From positions 131,066-195,065 of the forward strand of contig NZ_JBAZXX010000001.1 of NCBI RefSeq assembly GCF_041659645.1: a stretch of 64,000 nucleotides of DNA. The letters run 5' to 3'. The notes under the pieces were generated by a model. That model was not told the origin of the DNA. It saw only the letters and a list, made by a program, of their open reading frames with translations, and searched no databases. Both the position numbers and the translations under genes were made by a program. Below are positions 31,182 to 39,965 of the stretch, one piece after another (the first letter of the stretch is position 1; the number at the start of each line of letters is the position of its first letter). The DNA comes from Hyphomicrobium sp. (GTDB lineage: Bacteria; Pseudomonadota; Alphaproteobacteria; Rhizobiales; Hyphomicrobiaceae).

Positions 31182-31335
31182 TGTTGGGGGGCAATCGTCC
31201 AGGGGTAACGCTCGCACTCAAAGAACTCGAGCGAACTGTACGATCGCACAGCGACGTGGTTGCATATTGAGCGGCGCTCGAGGGCATCGCCGGGTCGAAT
31301 TACGTTCAGACTTAGTTATCGGCACACAGCGAGAC

Positions 31336-31697
31336 TTAATCTCTAGCCAGACGAGTAGCTATGACGCTGTTCACGACGATCGACACATCATCAGGATTGA
31401 ACGGCTTGGCTAGGATCGGCGTATGCGGATAAAGCGCGCTTATTTGGTCCGCACCAGCGCCGTTGCAGAATGCGAACGGGATACCCTTTTTTTTTGAGTG
31501 TGCGTGCAATCGTTTGAGCGTCGCTATCCTCAAGAACGTAATCCATTAGAGCGACGTCGATCTTTTGGTGATCCAGGACGTCGAGTGCTTTCGGCCGCAG
31601 AAATATCAAGTGACTGCTCCGCGGCTTCGGCCAGTGCGTTGTTCAATGCACGCGAGCGCAAAATTCTATCGTCAAAGCTGTAGCCATCGATTCGCAT
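31336..31697 (-). pseudogene. Single-domain response regulator, frameshifted
   Basis: IDVALMD, GIPFAF and LAKPF motifs in different frames; frame change at an A9 run (31487-31495); degenerate 5' end. Confidence 0.75.
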
Positions 31698-31884
31698 AAA
31701 AATTTCTCAAATGCTCAAAAAAAGACAGTTGAAGAAGATATGCCGTATGCGTCATATTTACTGAAGATTGCTATGCTAATGCGACGAACGACATGTGACA
31801 GAGATTGATATTCCAAAAGCGATTTGAGCTTAGCACGGAAGTTAGAGCTTGCCGACGTGAATGGGTTTCGTAATCGGGTGCATA

Positions 31885-32064
31885 ATGCCAACGACGAATA
31901 GCATCACTCTGCTCAATATCTGCCGGGCAATTGAACAAACACCAGATGAAGGGCTTATGGCGATCGAGCGTGACGCCCTGGTCGCGACACGAAAAGCCTT
32001 GCGAGCCCTCAGGCAAGAAGTGGATCGAGCATTGTTGCGATTGGCAATTTTGGACGAGCAATGA
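31885..32064 (+). CDS. Small helical protein family (copy C)
   Basis: ICRAIEQTP..L...ERDAL...L..LRQEVDRALLRLA; homologous to copy A. Confidence 0.7.
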   Translation: MPTTNSITLLNICRAIEQTPDEGLMAIERDALVATRKALRALRQEVDRALLRLAILDEQ

Positions 32065-32374
32065 CCGAGTCATCGACTTGCGTCCCGCGCCTGCTCATTA
32101 CGGTTTATCGCCATATCTTGCACGGTATTTTTTAGCTGCGGTTTGGAGGGATGGTCTTGCCCTGCGTGAAGGATTTAGGGCACCCCCGCGAGGGCACGTG
32201 GAGTAATGTCTTGGCAATGAGGGAATTGACTGGTCTTGCCGCGCAGGAGATAGGTAGATCTCAAAAGTGCAGTTGAAACCGCACTCCTACAAATTCGCAC
32301 CGAGGAATGATGGTCGACTGAGACATCGCGTAACGTCGCGACTGCTGGCCACTGGTCTCATTTCGCGCTCGCGT

Positions 32375-32863
32375 CTTTGGCAGGCAGGGTGGTGGTAATC
32401 CCGTTCAGCCAAACCACATGCACGTTCGGTCTGAAACAATCGACCGACGACCGACGTTCGACAATGCCTTCGCTCACGGTCGCGTCATTCTCGTCGTCCA
32501 CACGTTCAACGAAGGCGAAGAGTTGCCGAACGGCAAGACGAAGCAATGGGTCATCACGACGGACAGCCGATTGCGATAGACGTGATTTGCGAGGAGTAGC
32601 CGAACGGCCCTGATACACTGGACACGTTCATTCAGGTGACGACGCCAGCCAACGCCCTGATTTCGAAAATTACCGACAGAATGCCGGCCACACTTCAGTC
32701 GGACGATTGGGCGACCTGGCTTGGCGAGGAGCAAGGTTCACTGGCTGACGTAAAGGCGGTGTTTCAGACATTCGAGGATGGCGGTAACTGGACGATGGAG
32801 GAGCAGCCGCGCACGCGAAATGCCAACGCGAAGAAGTATGAAGGGCAACCGGGACTTTTCTAA
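32375..32863 (+). pseudogene. SRAP pseudogene (5'-truncated, frameshift, TAG at 32597)
   Basis: Colinear DNA similarity to 10950-11455, ending QPGLF*. Confidence 0.88.
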
Positions 32864-32942
32864 CACACGATCAATCGGAAACCCAAGGGCACCGCACTGG
32901 CAAAGGAGAGCGATGCCCACTACATTTGAAATGTTGACGAAC

Positions 32943-33260
32943 TCAGATTGCGAAATCTTCCAATTTCGCACCCTTCTTCAACCGAATAACGAGCCACGTC
33001 GGCTTACGACCGCGACCAGTCCATGTCGACGACTTGTCTTCAGGGTTTGCGTATTTCGCAATTCCGACAGGCTTCTTGGCACCTTTCGAAGAGCCAAACA
33101 ATTCCGCCAATGAAAAGCCGGATGTTGCCGCCAAAGCGGCGAGCTTCTTTTTAATTTCAGAACGTTCACGGGACCGCGCTTCGATAATAGCGAATTGAAG
33201 TTTGCCCTCCAGGCTAACAAGTTCCTTGAGGCTCAAACTTTTGACGTTGATGGCGGCCAT
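32943..33260 (-). CDS. hns: H-NS family nucleoid-associated protein
   Basis: KYANP and TWTGRGRKPTW DNA-binding motif; GGAG RBS. Confidence 0.93.
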   Translation of the reverse strand: MAAINVKSLSLKELVSLEGKLQFAIIEARSRERSEIKKKLAALAATSGFSLAELFGSSKGAKKPVGIAKYANPEDKSSTWTGRGRKPTWLVIRLKKGAKLEDFAI

Positions 33261-33425
33261 TCATAGCTCCAATTGATATTCGAATTGCAAGGGGAGGCAC
33301 ACAAACACTGAAATTAATTACGATGTCAACAACCGCACTTGGCAATTTTATATTTGTTGCAGTGCGGCGATATTTTGCCCGATATGTCGATGTAGTTATG
33401 TAGGCGATCGATATTGAGAGTACGA

Positions 33426-33608
33426 ATGACCGCTAAAGCCTCCCTATTCAAAGACTTCTGTCGAGCGTTGGATGACGCGCATGGCGACGTCTTGGCGACT
33501 TCCGACAGGGAATGTCTGCTCTCCCTACACAGAGCATTAACGGGACTAAAAGGCGCCGTTGAAACTGCTCTTCTGCAAATCGGTTCGGATGATCGCCTGG
33601 CTAACTAG
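33426..33608 (+). CDS. Small helical protein family (copy D)
   Basis: FCRALD...L...DRECLLSL...L..LK..VE.AL. Confidence 0.7.
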   Translation: MTAKASLFKDFCRALDDAHGDVLATSDRECLLSLHRALTGLKGAVETALLQIGSDDRLAN

Positions 33609-33638
33609 CGTCGAGAGATTGTTCGAAGAGCATCACTC

Positions 33639-33823
33639 ATGCCGTTAGACCCAACACGCATTATTTCCATTATCCGCGAACTTGAACAGACTTCGCCGGA
33701 AGCGTTGCAGAAAATGGACCGCGAGCTTTTGCTGTCGATTAGACAGACGCTTCGAGAGCACCAGCGGGAAGTCGAAATATGCTTTTGCGACGGGCGTTCG
33801 TGGACGAGCAGCAATTGAATTAG
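33639..33823 (+). pseudogene. Small helical protein family (copy B), 1-nt deletion
   Basis: Close to copy A (shared ATGGACCGCGAGCTTTTGCTGTCGATTAGACA); one base missing near 33777 relative to A. Confidence 0.8.
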
Positions 33824-33841
33824 CCGAGCTTGACCTTCGAG

Positions 33842-34324
33842 ATGAGCAACGCTGGACACTACCCCTTAGGACAGCGAAAACTCAATTTGGACACCCGCAA
33901 AAAAGCCATCGTCGAGGCTGGTCACGCAGCGTGGAACAATCGAAACCTAGATGGCATGTTCGATTACTATCCCGAAGAGCTTGTCTACACAAGTAATGCT
34001 GGAGGCCCTAATGGCGAGCCGCTGACGGCTGTCGGCAAGGCCGGATTACGCGCAATGCTGGCGCCGGTTTTGCCCGTATTGGAGAGCGCCACGTCTGTTG
34101 AGCATTTCTAATTCGAATATGATGTTGCACGAGCTCGTGTGGCGACGTGCGCTGTGCATAAAGCGACGGGGCTCCAGCTTATCGGCAGTTACAGGCAAAT
34201 CATGCACTTCGAAGGTTTCAAGATTTGTCGGCTGCAAGAATTTCACGATGCTGCGATGCTTAACGCTTTTTGGCAGATGGTGGCGGCCGGAACCTCCCGA
34301 CCGGTACCCTGGATTAGCGAGTAA
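33842..34324 (+). pseudogene. SnoaL/NTF2-like protein with in-frame TAA at 34109-34111
   Basis: Same frame continues after the stop (FEYDVARARV...GSYRQ...EFHDA...AFW), matching 30744. Confidence 0.8.
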
Positions 34325-34359
34325 TCTAAGACCGCCGTCGTCTTCCAATTCGTGCCGAA

Positions 34360-34950
34360 CTACACCGGTTTTTTGATCGGGTGGCGTTGCTGCCCCTGTG
34401 TCTCGCGGCGGCCGATCTCCTGCTTGAGATCCGCCAAATCAATGAATTGGTCAGCCTGCCGGCGGAGTTCATCGGCGACCATTGGGGGCTGGGTTTGAAG
34501 GGTCGAGACCACGCTCACGCGCTTGCCCATCGTTTGAAGCGCCGAGACAAGACTGCGAAAGTCGCCATCTCCTGAAAATATAACCAAATGATCCACATTG
34601 TTGGCAAGCCGCATGGCGTCGACCGCCAGCTCCATATCCATGTTGCCCTTGAACTTGCGACGACCAGAGGCATCTAGGAATTCCTTCACGGGTTTTGTGA
34701 CCATCGTGAAGCCGTTGTAATCCAGCCAGTCGACGAGCGGGCGGACCGATGAAAATTCCTGATCGTCAGCCAAGGCCGTGTAGTAGCTCGCTCGAATCAA
34801 CCGCGTTTTTTCACGGAAGAAATGCAGCAATCGCTTGTAGTCGATATCGATCCCGAGAGATTTAGAGGTTGCATAAAGGTTGGCGCCGTCAATGAAAAGC
34901 GCCAGGCGTTCGTTCGGATGAAAGTCCCACAATACAGCCGTTTTGGTCAT
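34360..34950 (-). CDS. NYN-domain (LabA/DUF88) protein
   Basis: FIDGANLY, KGNMDMELAVD, SGDGDF and LRRQADQF motifs. Confidence 0.93.
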   Translation of the reverse strand: MTKTAVLWDFHPNERLALFIDGANLYATSKSLGIDIDYKRLLHFFREKTRLIRASYYTALADDQEFSSVRPLVDWLDYNGFTMVTKPVKEFLDASGRRKFKGNMDMELAVDAMRLANNVDHLVIFSGDGDFRSLVSALQTMGKRVSVVSTLQTQPPMVADELRRQADQFIDLADLKQEIGRRETQGQQRHPIKKPV

Positions 34951-35366
34951 GTCTCGCCTTAAAAAGCTCGAAAAAAGTCGTCGTTGCAAGCGCCGGCCGC
35001 GAAGCAATTCGTTCAGAACGGATAAAAGAAATCCGCCGCGGTCGATTGGCCGATACCGAACCAATGACCGGTCGTTGGTGAGTATCAGAGGGCGACCCGG
35101 GCGTCGTCTCTCGGAATATTGCGCATTCTGTCGGGCTTCCGCGGGCCGGGGGCCTCGCAGGCTCGCGCGAGACTTCGGCTCCGCCGCCGCGATGTGGATC
35201 ATTTGCTCCGGGCTGCGCGTTACGCTGAAGGCAACCGGCACGTCATTGCATCCATGGTCGCAAGCGCAGCCCATGGACCGTGTGACGTAGAGGATTTGAG
35301 GATTGATACCTATAGGCCGAGATTGAAGCGGAGTTTAGCTATTCACAACACATCATCAAAATCGGC

Positions 35367-35789
35367 GTGTCCTTTGTACCCCGTTTTCGCGTGTTCACTC
35401 CCGACGGCGATCACGCAGCGTTCGTGCAATTGAAACCGGGCATCGAGGATCGGCTTCGGCAACTCGATGTTTTGCGAAAATTCATGATCTACAAGGCTGC
35501 GGCCGGCTTCGTCATGGTCACCGAGCTTGGGTCGCCAGCCAGCATATTCGTCGTCGCCGTCACGCGCGCCCGGACGCTTGGCGCAATCCGGGGTATCCGG
35601 CGCAAACCTGTTCGCTTCGGAAAGATTGAATGGCTCCCGGCTGAACTAATTGACGATTCCATCGCAGCCTTGCTGCCGCCGAAGATCGTCGCGGTTTCCA
35701 AAGACGACCTCGCTTTTATGAAAGAGGTCGACGAGACAGGCTCGATTGAGGGGATCAAGTGGCAGCGACTGACAAAGTCTCTGCGCTAG
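35367..35789 (+). CDS. Hypothetical protein
   Basis: Globular-looking ORF divergent from the NYN gene. Confidence 0.55.
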   Translation: MSFVPRFRVFTPDGDHAAFVQLKPGIEDRLRQLDVLRKFMIYKAAAGFVMVTELGSPASIFVVAVTRARTLGAIRGIRRKPVRFGKIEWLPAELIDDSIAALLPPKIVAVSKDDLAFMKEVDETGSIEGIKWQRLTKSLR

Positions 35790-35899
35790 CATTTCTGACT
35801 CACGTTCATCGCAAATTTTGGGAATATTGCATTCCCGCAACTATGTCCTCCGTCTGTGCTCCTGTAGGCGTTTGCAATTGAATATTCGGGGTACCCCAA

Positions 35900-37198
35900 G
35901 TGATCGATGCGATCAGTGAAATTCCGAAGATTCTAAAAAAATTCCGCAAGCGCGTTCGAACGAAAGCGCGCGAGCTTTACGCAAAATCCAAACGTTACTG
36001 GACCGCCGCGACCGTCGTAGTGGTCACAGGAAGCAGCGGGAAAACCACGACTGTTGCTTTGTTGAAGCATATTCTTTCCGGCGAAGCGCAAGTCCTGTCG
36101 CAGGCATTGAGCAATGGCTACACGCAGGCCGTCAGAGCGCTGTCGGCGCTGGAGCCAAGCGATCGGTACGCTGTGATTGAGCAGGGCACCGAAGCACCGG
36201 GTCAACTGGCGCGCGCGGCTAATCTTCTGAGGCCCGACGTGGCCATCGTCACCCTTGTCGCCATGGAGCATTACGCGTCGTTTCGCTCGATCGATGCCGT
36301 AGCGAAAGAAAAAGCGGCCTTCGTTGAGAAGTTGCCTAACGACGGACTGGCGATTCTGAATTTCGACGATCCGAGGACGCGAGCGATGTCAGGATTAACT
36401 CGCGCGCGCTCAGTGTCCTTTGGGACCACTGGCGGCGAGTACAAGGTCACCAACATATCCGAATGCTCAGACGCCTATTTATCGTTCACGCTGACGAGCG
36501 CCGATCTCAGCTTGCCGGTGCGAACGAAGCTTCTTGGAAAATACAATTGGCTATCTGTCGCCGCGGCCGCCACCTGTGCACTGGAACTTGGCGTCTCTCC
36601 GCAAAACATTGCCGCTCGAATCGCATCGTTTGCCCCGATCCGCGGACGTATGAGCATGCATAGGCTCGATGGCGGGATCAGGATGATCCTCGATACGGCA
36701 AAGGCGCCCTTCCATAGCATTTATCTTCCCTTGGAAACTTTGAGTACGATTAGGGCATCCAGGAAGCGATTTGTTATGGGACAAATCAGCGACTACTCGG
36801 GCAACGCAACGAGGAAGTACAAGGACACTTACGCTGCGGCTGCCCAGGTAGCTGACGAGGTTTGCTTCGTGGGCCCATGGAGTCACAAGGCGCGTGCGCC
36901 AGCCGAGGACGTCGAAAGCGGAAAATTTCGAGCCTTCTCGACTGTGCAAGCTTTGTCCTCTTACCTAAGGGAAACGGCAGTGGACGGCGAGGTCGTTGTC
37001 GTGAAGTCGTCTCGGAATCTGCACCTTGAACGCTTACTGCTCGACAGGACCGAAGGCGTTCGCTGTTGGGCGAATGAATGCGGAAGCAAGCTTTCATGCT
37101 CGACTTGCGGCCTCTACGGGACTGCATTCTACGAACACAACGGTCGAAACGAACATCGCGGGCGTGTCGCTCAACCACGATCCGAAGTTATTGATTGA
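35900..37198 (+). CDS. MurF-like Mur ligase lacking the N-terminal domain, with Cys-rich tail
   Basis: TGSSGKTTT P-loop, EQG, LNFDD, GRM and KSSR motifs; C-terminal CX4CX5CX2C. Confidence 0.85.
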   Translation: MIDAISEIPKILKKFRKRVRTKARELYAKSKRYWTAATVVVVTGSSGKTTTVALLKHILSGEAQVLSQALSNGYTQAVRALSALEPSDRYAVIEQGTEAPGQLARAANLLRPDVAIVTLVAMEHYASFRSIDAVAKEKAAFVEKLPNDGLAILNFDDPRTRAMSGLTRARSVSFGTTGGEYKVTNISECSDAYLSFTLTSADLSLPVRTKLLGKYNWLSVAAAATCALELGVSPQNIAARIASFAPIRGRMSMHRLDGGIRMILDTAKAPFHSIYLPLETLSTIRASRKRFVMGQISDYSGNATRKYKDTYAAAAQVADEVCFVGPWSHKARAPAEDVESGKFRAFSTVQALSSYLRETAVDGEVVVVKSSRNLHLERLLLDRTEGVRCWANECGSKLSCSTCGLYGTAFYEHNGRNEHRGRVAQPRSEVID

Positions 37199-37371
37199 AG
37201 GCCCATTAAATGGAGTCGCGATCCGCATCGCATTTAGACAACCCACGTCGGCGAACGCAAGTACGTCATTGCACGGAGTAACGGCTTTAGATTGTTTGCC
37301 CATCAATGCCGAGACGGGCGGTTCCAATCGGGAAAACCAATAGTGTGACCGCATCCAATCGGGGGTTGCAA

Positions 37372-37953
37372 ATGACGATAGCGGAACCTCGTTACGCGCA
37401 AAGCATTGCGATAAGAACCCCTGAATATTCAGATCTTAGCGCAATTTTCCGTTGTTTGCGATTTTACAATGTGCACGTTTTGTGGGGCGACAAGCAACGC
37501 GTGGATGTCGACTTCGACGGCGAACATATTCTGACGGTCCGCAATACGATTTCCCACATCGACCTGACCGATAAATGCTGGGTCGCTGACGATGGGAACG
37601 AGATTTTGGGTTTCTGCTGTTGGGACTGGCGCGACAGATCAAAGCTGTCGGCGAAAACTATTCTGATATCAGTAACCGACACCGGTCGAACGCGAGGAGT
37701 GGGTAAACTATTGCAACAGCGGCGGCAGGATCAAATGCGAGAGCATGGCGCGAGAGACGTTCACACATGGAGCGACGACCCTCGCGCGGTTAAATGGTAT
37801 CAAAGGACATTTGGCTATGAAATCGTCGGACAAGAGCCCATTCGGCACTCTCTGCACCGGTTTCATTTTGACGGCCAGGGCGACGTCTGGGCCGTTCATC
37901 GCGGCTTTGAGGACCAAGACACGCTGACCCATCTACGCCTTGTATTCACATAG
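37372..37953 (+). CDS. GNAT family acetyltransferase
   Basis: RTRGVGKLL acetyl-CoA motif and WYQRTFGY. Confidence 0.8.
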   Translation: MTIAEPRYAQSIAIRTPEYSDLSAIFRCLRFYNVHVLWGDKQRVDVDFDGEHILTVRNTISHIDLTDKCWVADDGNEILGFCCWDWRDRSKLSAKTILISVTDTGRTRGVGKLLQQRRQDQMREHGARDVHTWSDDPRAVKWYQRTFGYEIVGQEPIRHSLHRFHFDGQGDVWAVHRGFEDQDTLTHLRLVFT

Positions 37954-37960
37954 GTAGCCA

Positions 37961-38848
37961 ATGTTTCGGCGGCTTGGCGATTGGCTCAATCGAATCTACT
38001 TGGTCCGAGAGCGGTATCGCAGGAAGTTTGGACGCTATCCGAGACTCTTTCGGCCGGCATCGTTCGGCGAGAAAATGCAGTGGCGCAAACTATTCGATAC
38101 CAACGAGCTCTTCACCCTATTCTCAGACAAGTTTCAAGTCCGGTCCTTCATCGAGGAGCGCGGGTTTGGTGCCCACTTAGTTCCCGTATTGTGGCTCGGC
38201 GACGATCTTGAAAAACTGGATTTAACGACGATGGGTCTGCCTTTTGTAATTAAAAGCACCCACGGCTGGAAGCAGACCATTATCGTCGACCAACCGGGCT
38301 ATGATGCCGACGCGATCAAGACCGAGATAAGCGGCTGGTTGCGACACTGTCACGGCTCTCTCAGCATCGAGCCCGGCTATCTCAAGGTTCCTCGTCGGAT
38401 CATTGTTGAAAGACTTTTGACCGTCGAAGATGGCCGGCCGCCGATTGAGTATAAGCTTTTCGTCTTCGACGGTGTTGTGCGGGTGATTAATAGTATCGTC
38501 ACAGAGAAGGACCGAAAGTCTCGCTCCTCCTTCCATCGCAAGAATTGGGAGCGGTTGCCATGGTTGGGTCGTCGAACTCCGCTTCAGGATGATCCTCCGC
38601 CGCCTCGAGATCTGCAAGCTATGATTGACCTCGCGGAGGGACTTGGCCGCGATTTAGATCATGTGCGGGTTGATCTGTATGCCTGTCGTGGAGAGATATT
38701 TGTTGGAGAGATAACGATCTATTCTTGGGGCGGTTGGAATAATTTGAAACCCGAGACGGCCGACGTTGAACTGGGCTCCTACTGGACAGTCAAATCGCCA
38801 GCGGCACGAGCGTGGCGAGCGATTGCTTTTTCGACTTGGGGTTGCTGA
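37961..38848 (+). CDS. TupA-like ATP-grasp protein
   Basis: FGEKMQW, DKFQVR, FVIKSTHG, RIIVE, EYKLFVFDG and VRVDLY...GEIT motifs. Confidence 0.92.
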   Translation: MFRRLGDWLNRIYLVRERYRRKFGRYPRLFRPASFGEKMQWRKLFDTNELFTLFSDKFQVRSFIEERGFGAHLVPVLWLGDDLEKLDLTTMGLPFVIKSTHGWKQTIIVDQPGYDADAIKTEISGWLRHCHGSLSIEPGYLKVPRRIIVERLLTVEDGRPPIEYKLFVFDGVVRVINSIVTEKDRKSRSSFHRKNWERLPWLGRRTPLQDDPPPPRDLQAMIDLAEGLGRDLDHVRVDLYACRGEIFVGEITIYSWGGWNNLKPETADVELGSYWTVKSPAARAWRAIAFSTWGC

Positions 38849-38869
38849 GTTATGTTCGAAGAGACTGAT

Positions 38870-39175
38870 CCGCTGCCTGGTGTCGGCTTCGAGCTATTGT
38901 GACCCTGGCGGCGGCTTGGCAGTCTTGGGAAAACGGCTTTGTCGAGAGCTTCAACTCACGGCTCAGATCATCGAGAGCTGGCGCCGACATTACAATGCCG
39001 TGCGACCACACACCTCGCTCGGCCAATAAGTCGCCGGCCCCGGAAGTCTTGTTCCCGTACTGGGCTGCTTGGGCTCAATAGCGGGCCGCGCCCGCTCCAT
39101 CGTCCATGCCGTCTCTAGGGAAGGGACGCGCCATAAATTAACATTGGACTTGGGCCACTCGGTGGGAGCCTATCA
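38870..39175 (+). mobile_element. IS3-family remnant (orfB 3' part plus right end)
   Basis: SWENGFVESFNSRL and ESWRRHYNAVRPHTSLG; terminus ...GGCCACTCGGTGGGAGCCTATCA. Confidence 0.85.
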
Positions 39176-39311
39176 GCGACGGCCCACACTTCCTTTTTAA
39201 ATCGCCGTTAGGCTCAAAGCTGCAATTCGCTTGCTCTTGGCGGGCGAACGGAGATTGTAGTTTTCGAAAGGTGATATTAATAGCGCGGCCGCGATCGACT
39301 GGATTAATTTA

Positions 39312-39965
39312 TCACACTTTTTTCGCCGCCATCAGGGCCTCTGCCAAGTGTAAATCGCCTTCGGTGGTGATTTTAATGTTGGTCGGACTTCCGTTGACGA
39401 ACTTTGTGTGTACTCCGCCGCGCTTCAGAATATCGAGAAGGCTGGGATCGGAGCTTCCCTTGGATGGGGGAGTGCAGGCATATCCAGCAAGAACAGCATC
39501 ACGGGAAAAAATAACGGGCTTTTGCCCAATCAGGACGTCCCCCGGAGCATGAAGTAAAACGCCGGCCTGATCATACAGAAATTCGGAATTGGCTAAGCCG
39601 GGAGCAGCGGCGCCGCTCCTCCGTGCCTCACCAATCAACCGTTCGACAAGATCGAGGCTCGCAAATGGGTGTACCACATCATGAAGCAGCAACCACGGTG
39701 CTGTGGCCTCGGCGATTAGCCGACGGGTAGTTTCACTCCTGCTGGAGGCACCGCAGATAATCGTGACGCCTTCGCCACCGACAAGATCCGTCGCCCTTTT
39801 GATGTCGGATGTCGGCACAGCGACGATCGTGGACTTCGAGATCTTCTTCGCTAGACGTACCGCATGTTCCAAAAGTGTGCGGTCACCCAGACGCACAAAG
39901 GCCTTCGGACCTCGCCCCAGACGCACACCGCTTCCTGCGGCTTGAACGAGGACCTGAACGTCCAT
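39312..39965 (-). CDS. IspD/TarI-like cytidylyltransferase
   Basis: AAGSGVRLG.GPKAF, LLHDVVHP and NIKITTEGDL motifs; start overlaps upstream stop (TAATG). Confidence 0.88.
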   Translation of the reverse strand: MDVQVLVQAAGSGVRLGRGPKAFVRLGDRTLLEHAVRLAKKISKSTIVAVPTSDIKRATDLVGGEGVTIICGASSRSETTRRLIAEATAPWLLLHDVVHPFASLDLVERLIGEARRSGAAAPGLANSEFLYDQAGVLLHAPGDVLIGQKPVIFSRDAVLAGYACTPPSKGSSDPSLLDILKRGGVHTKFVNGSPTNIKITTEGDLHLAEALMAAKKV

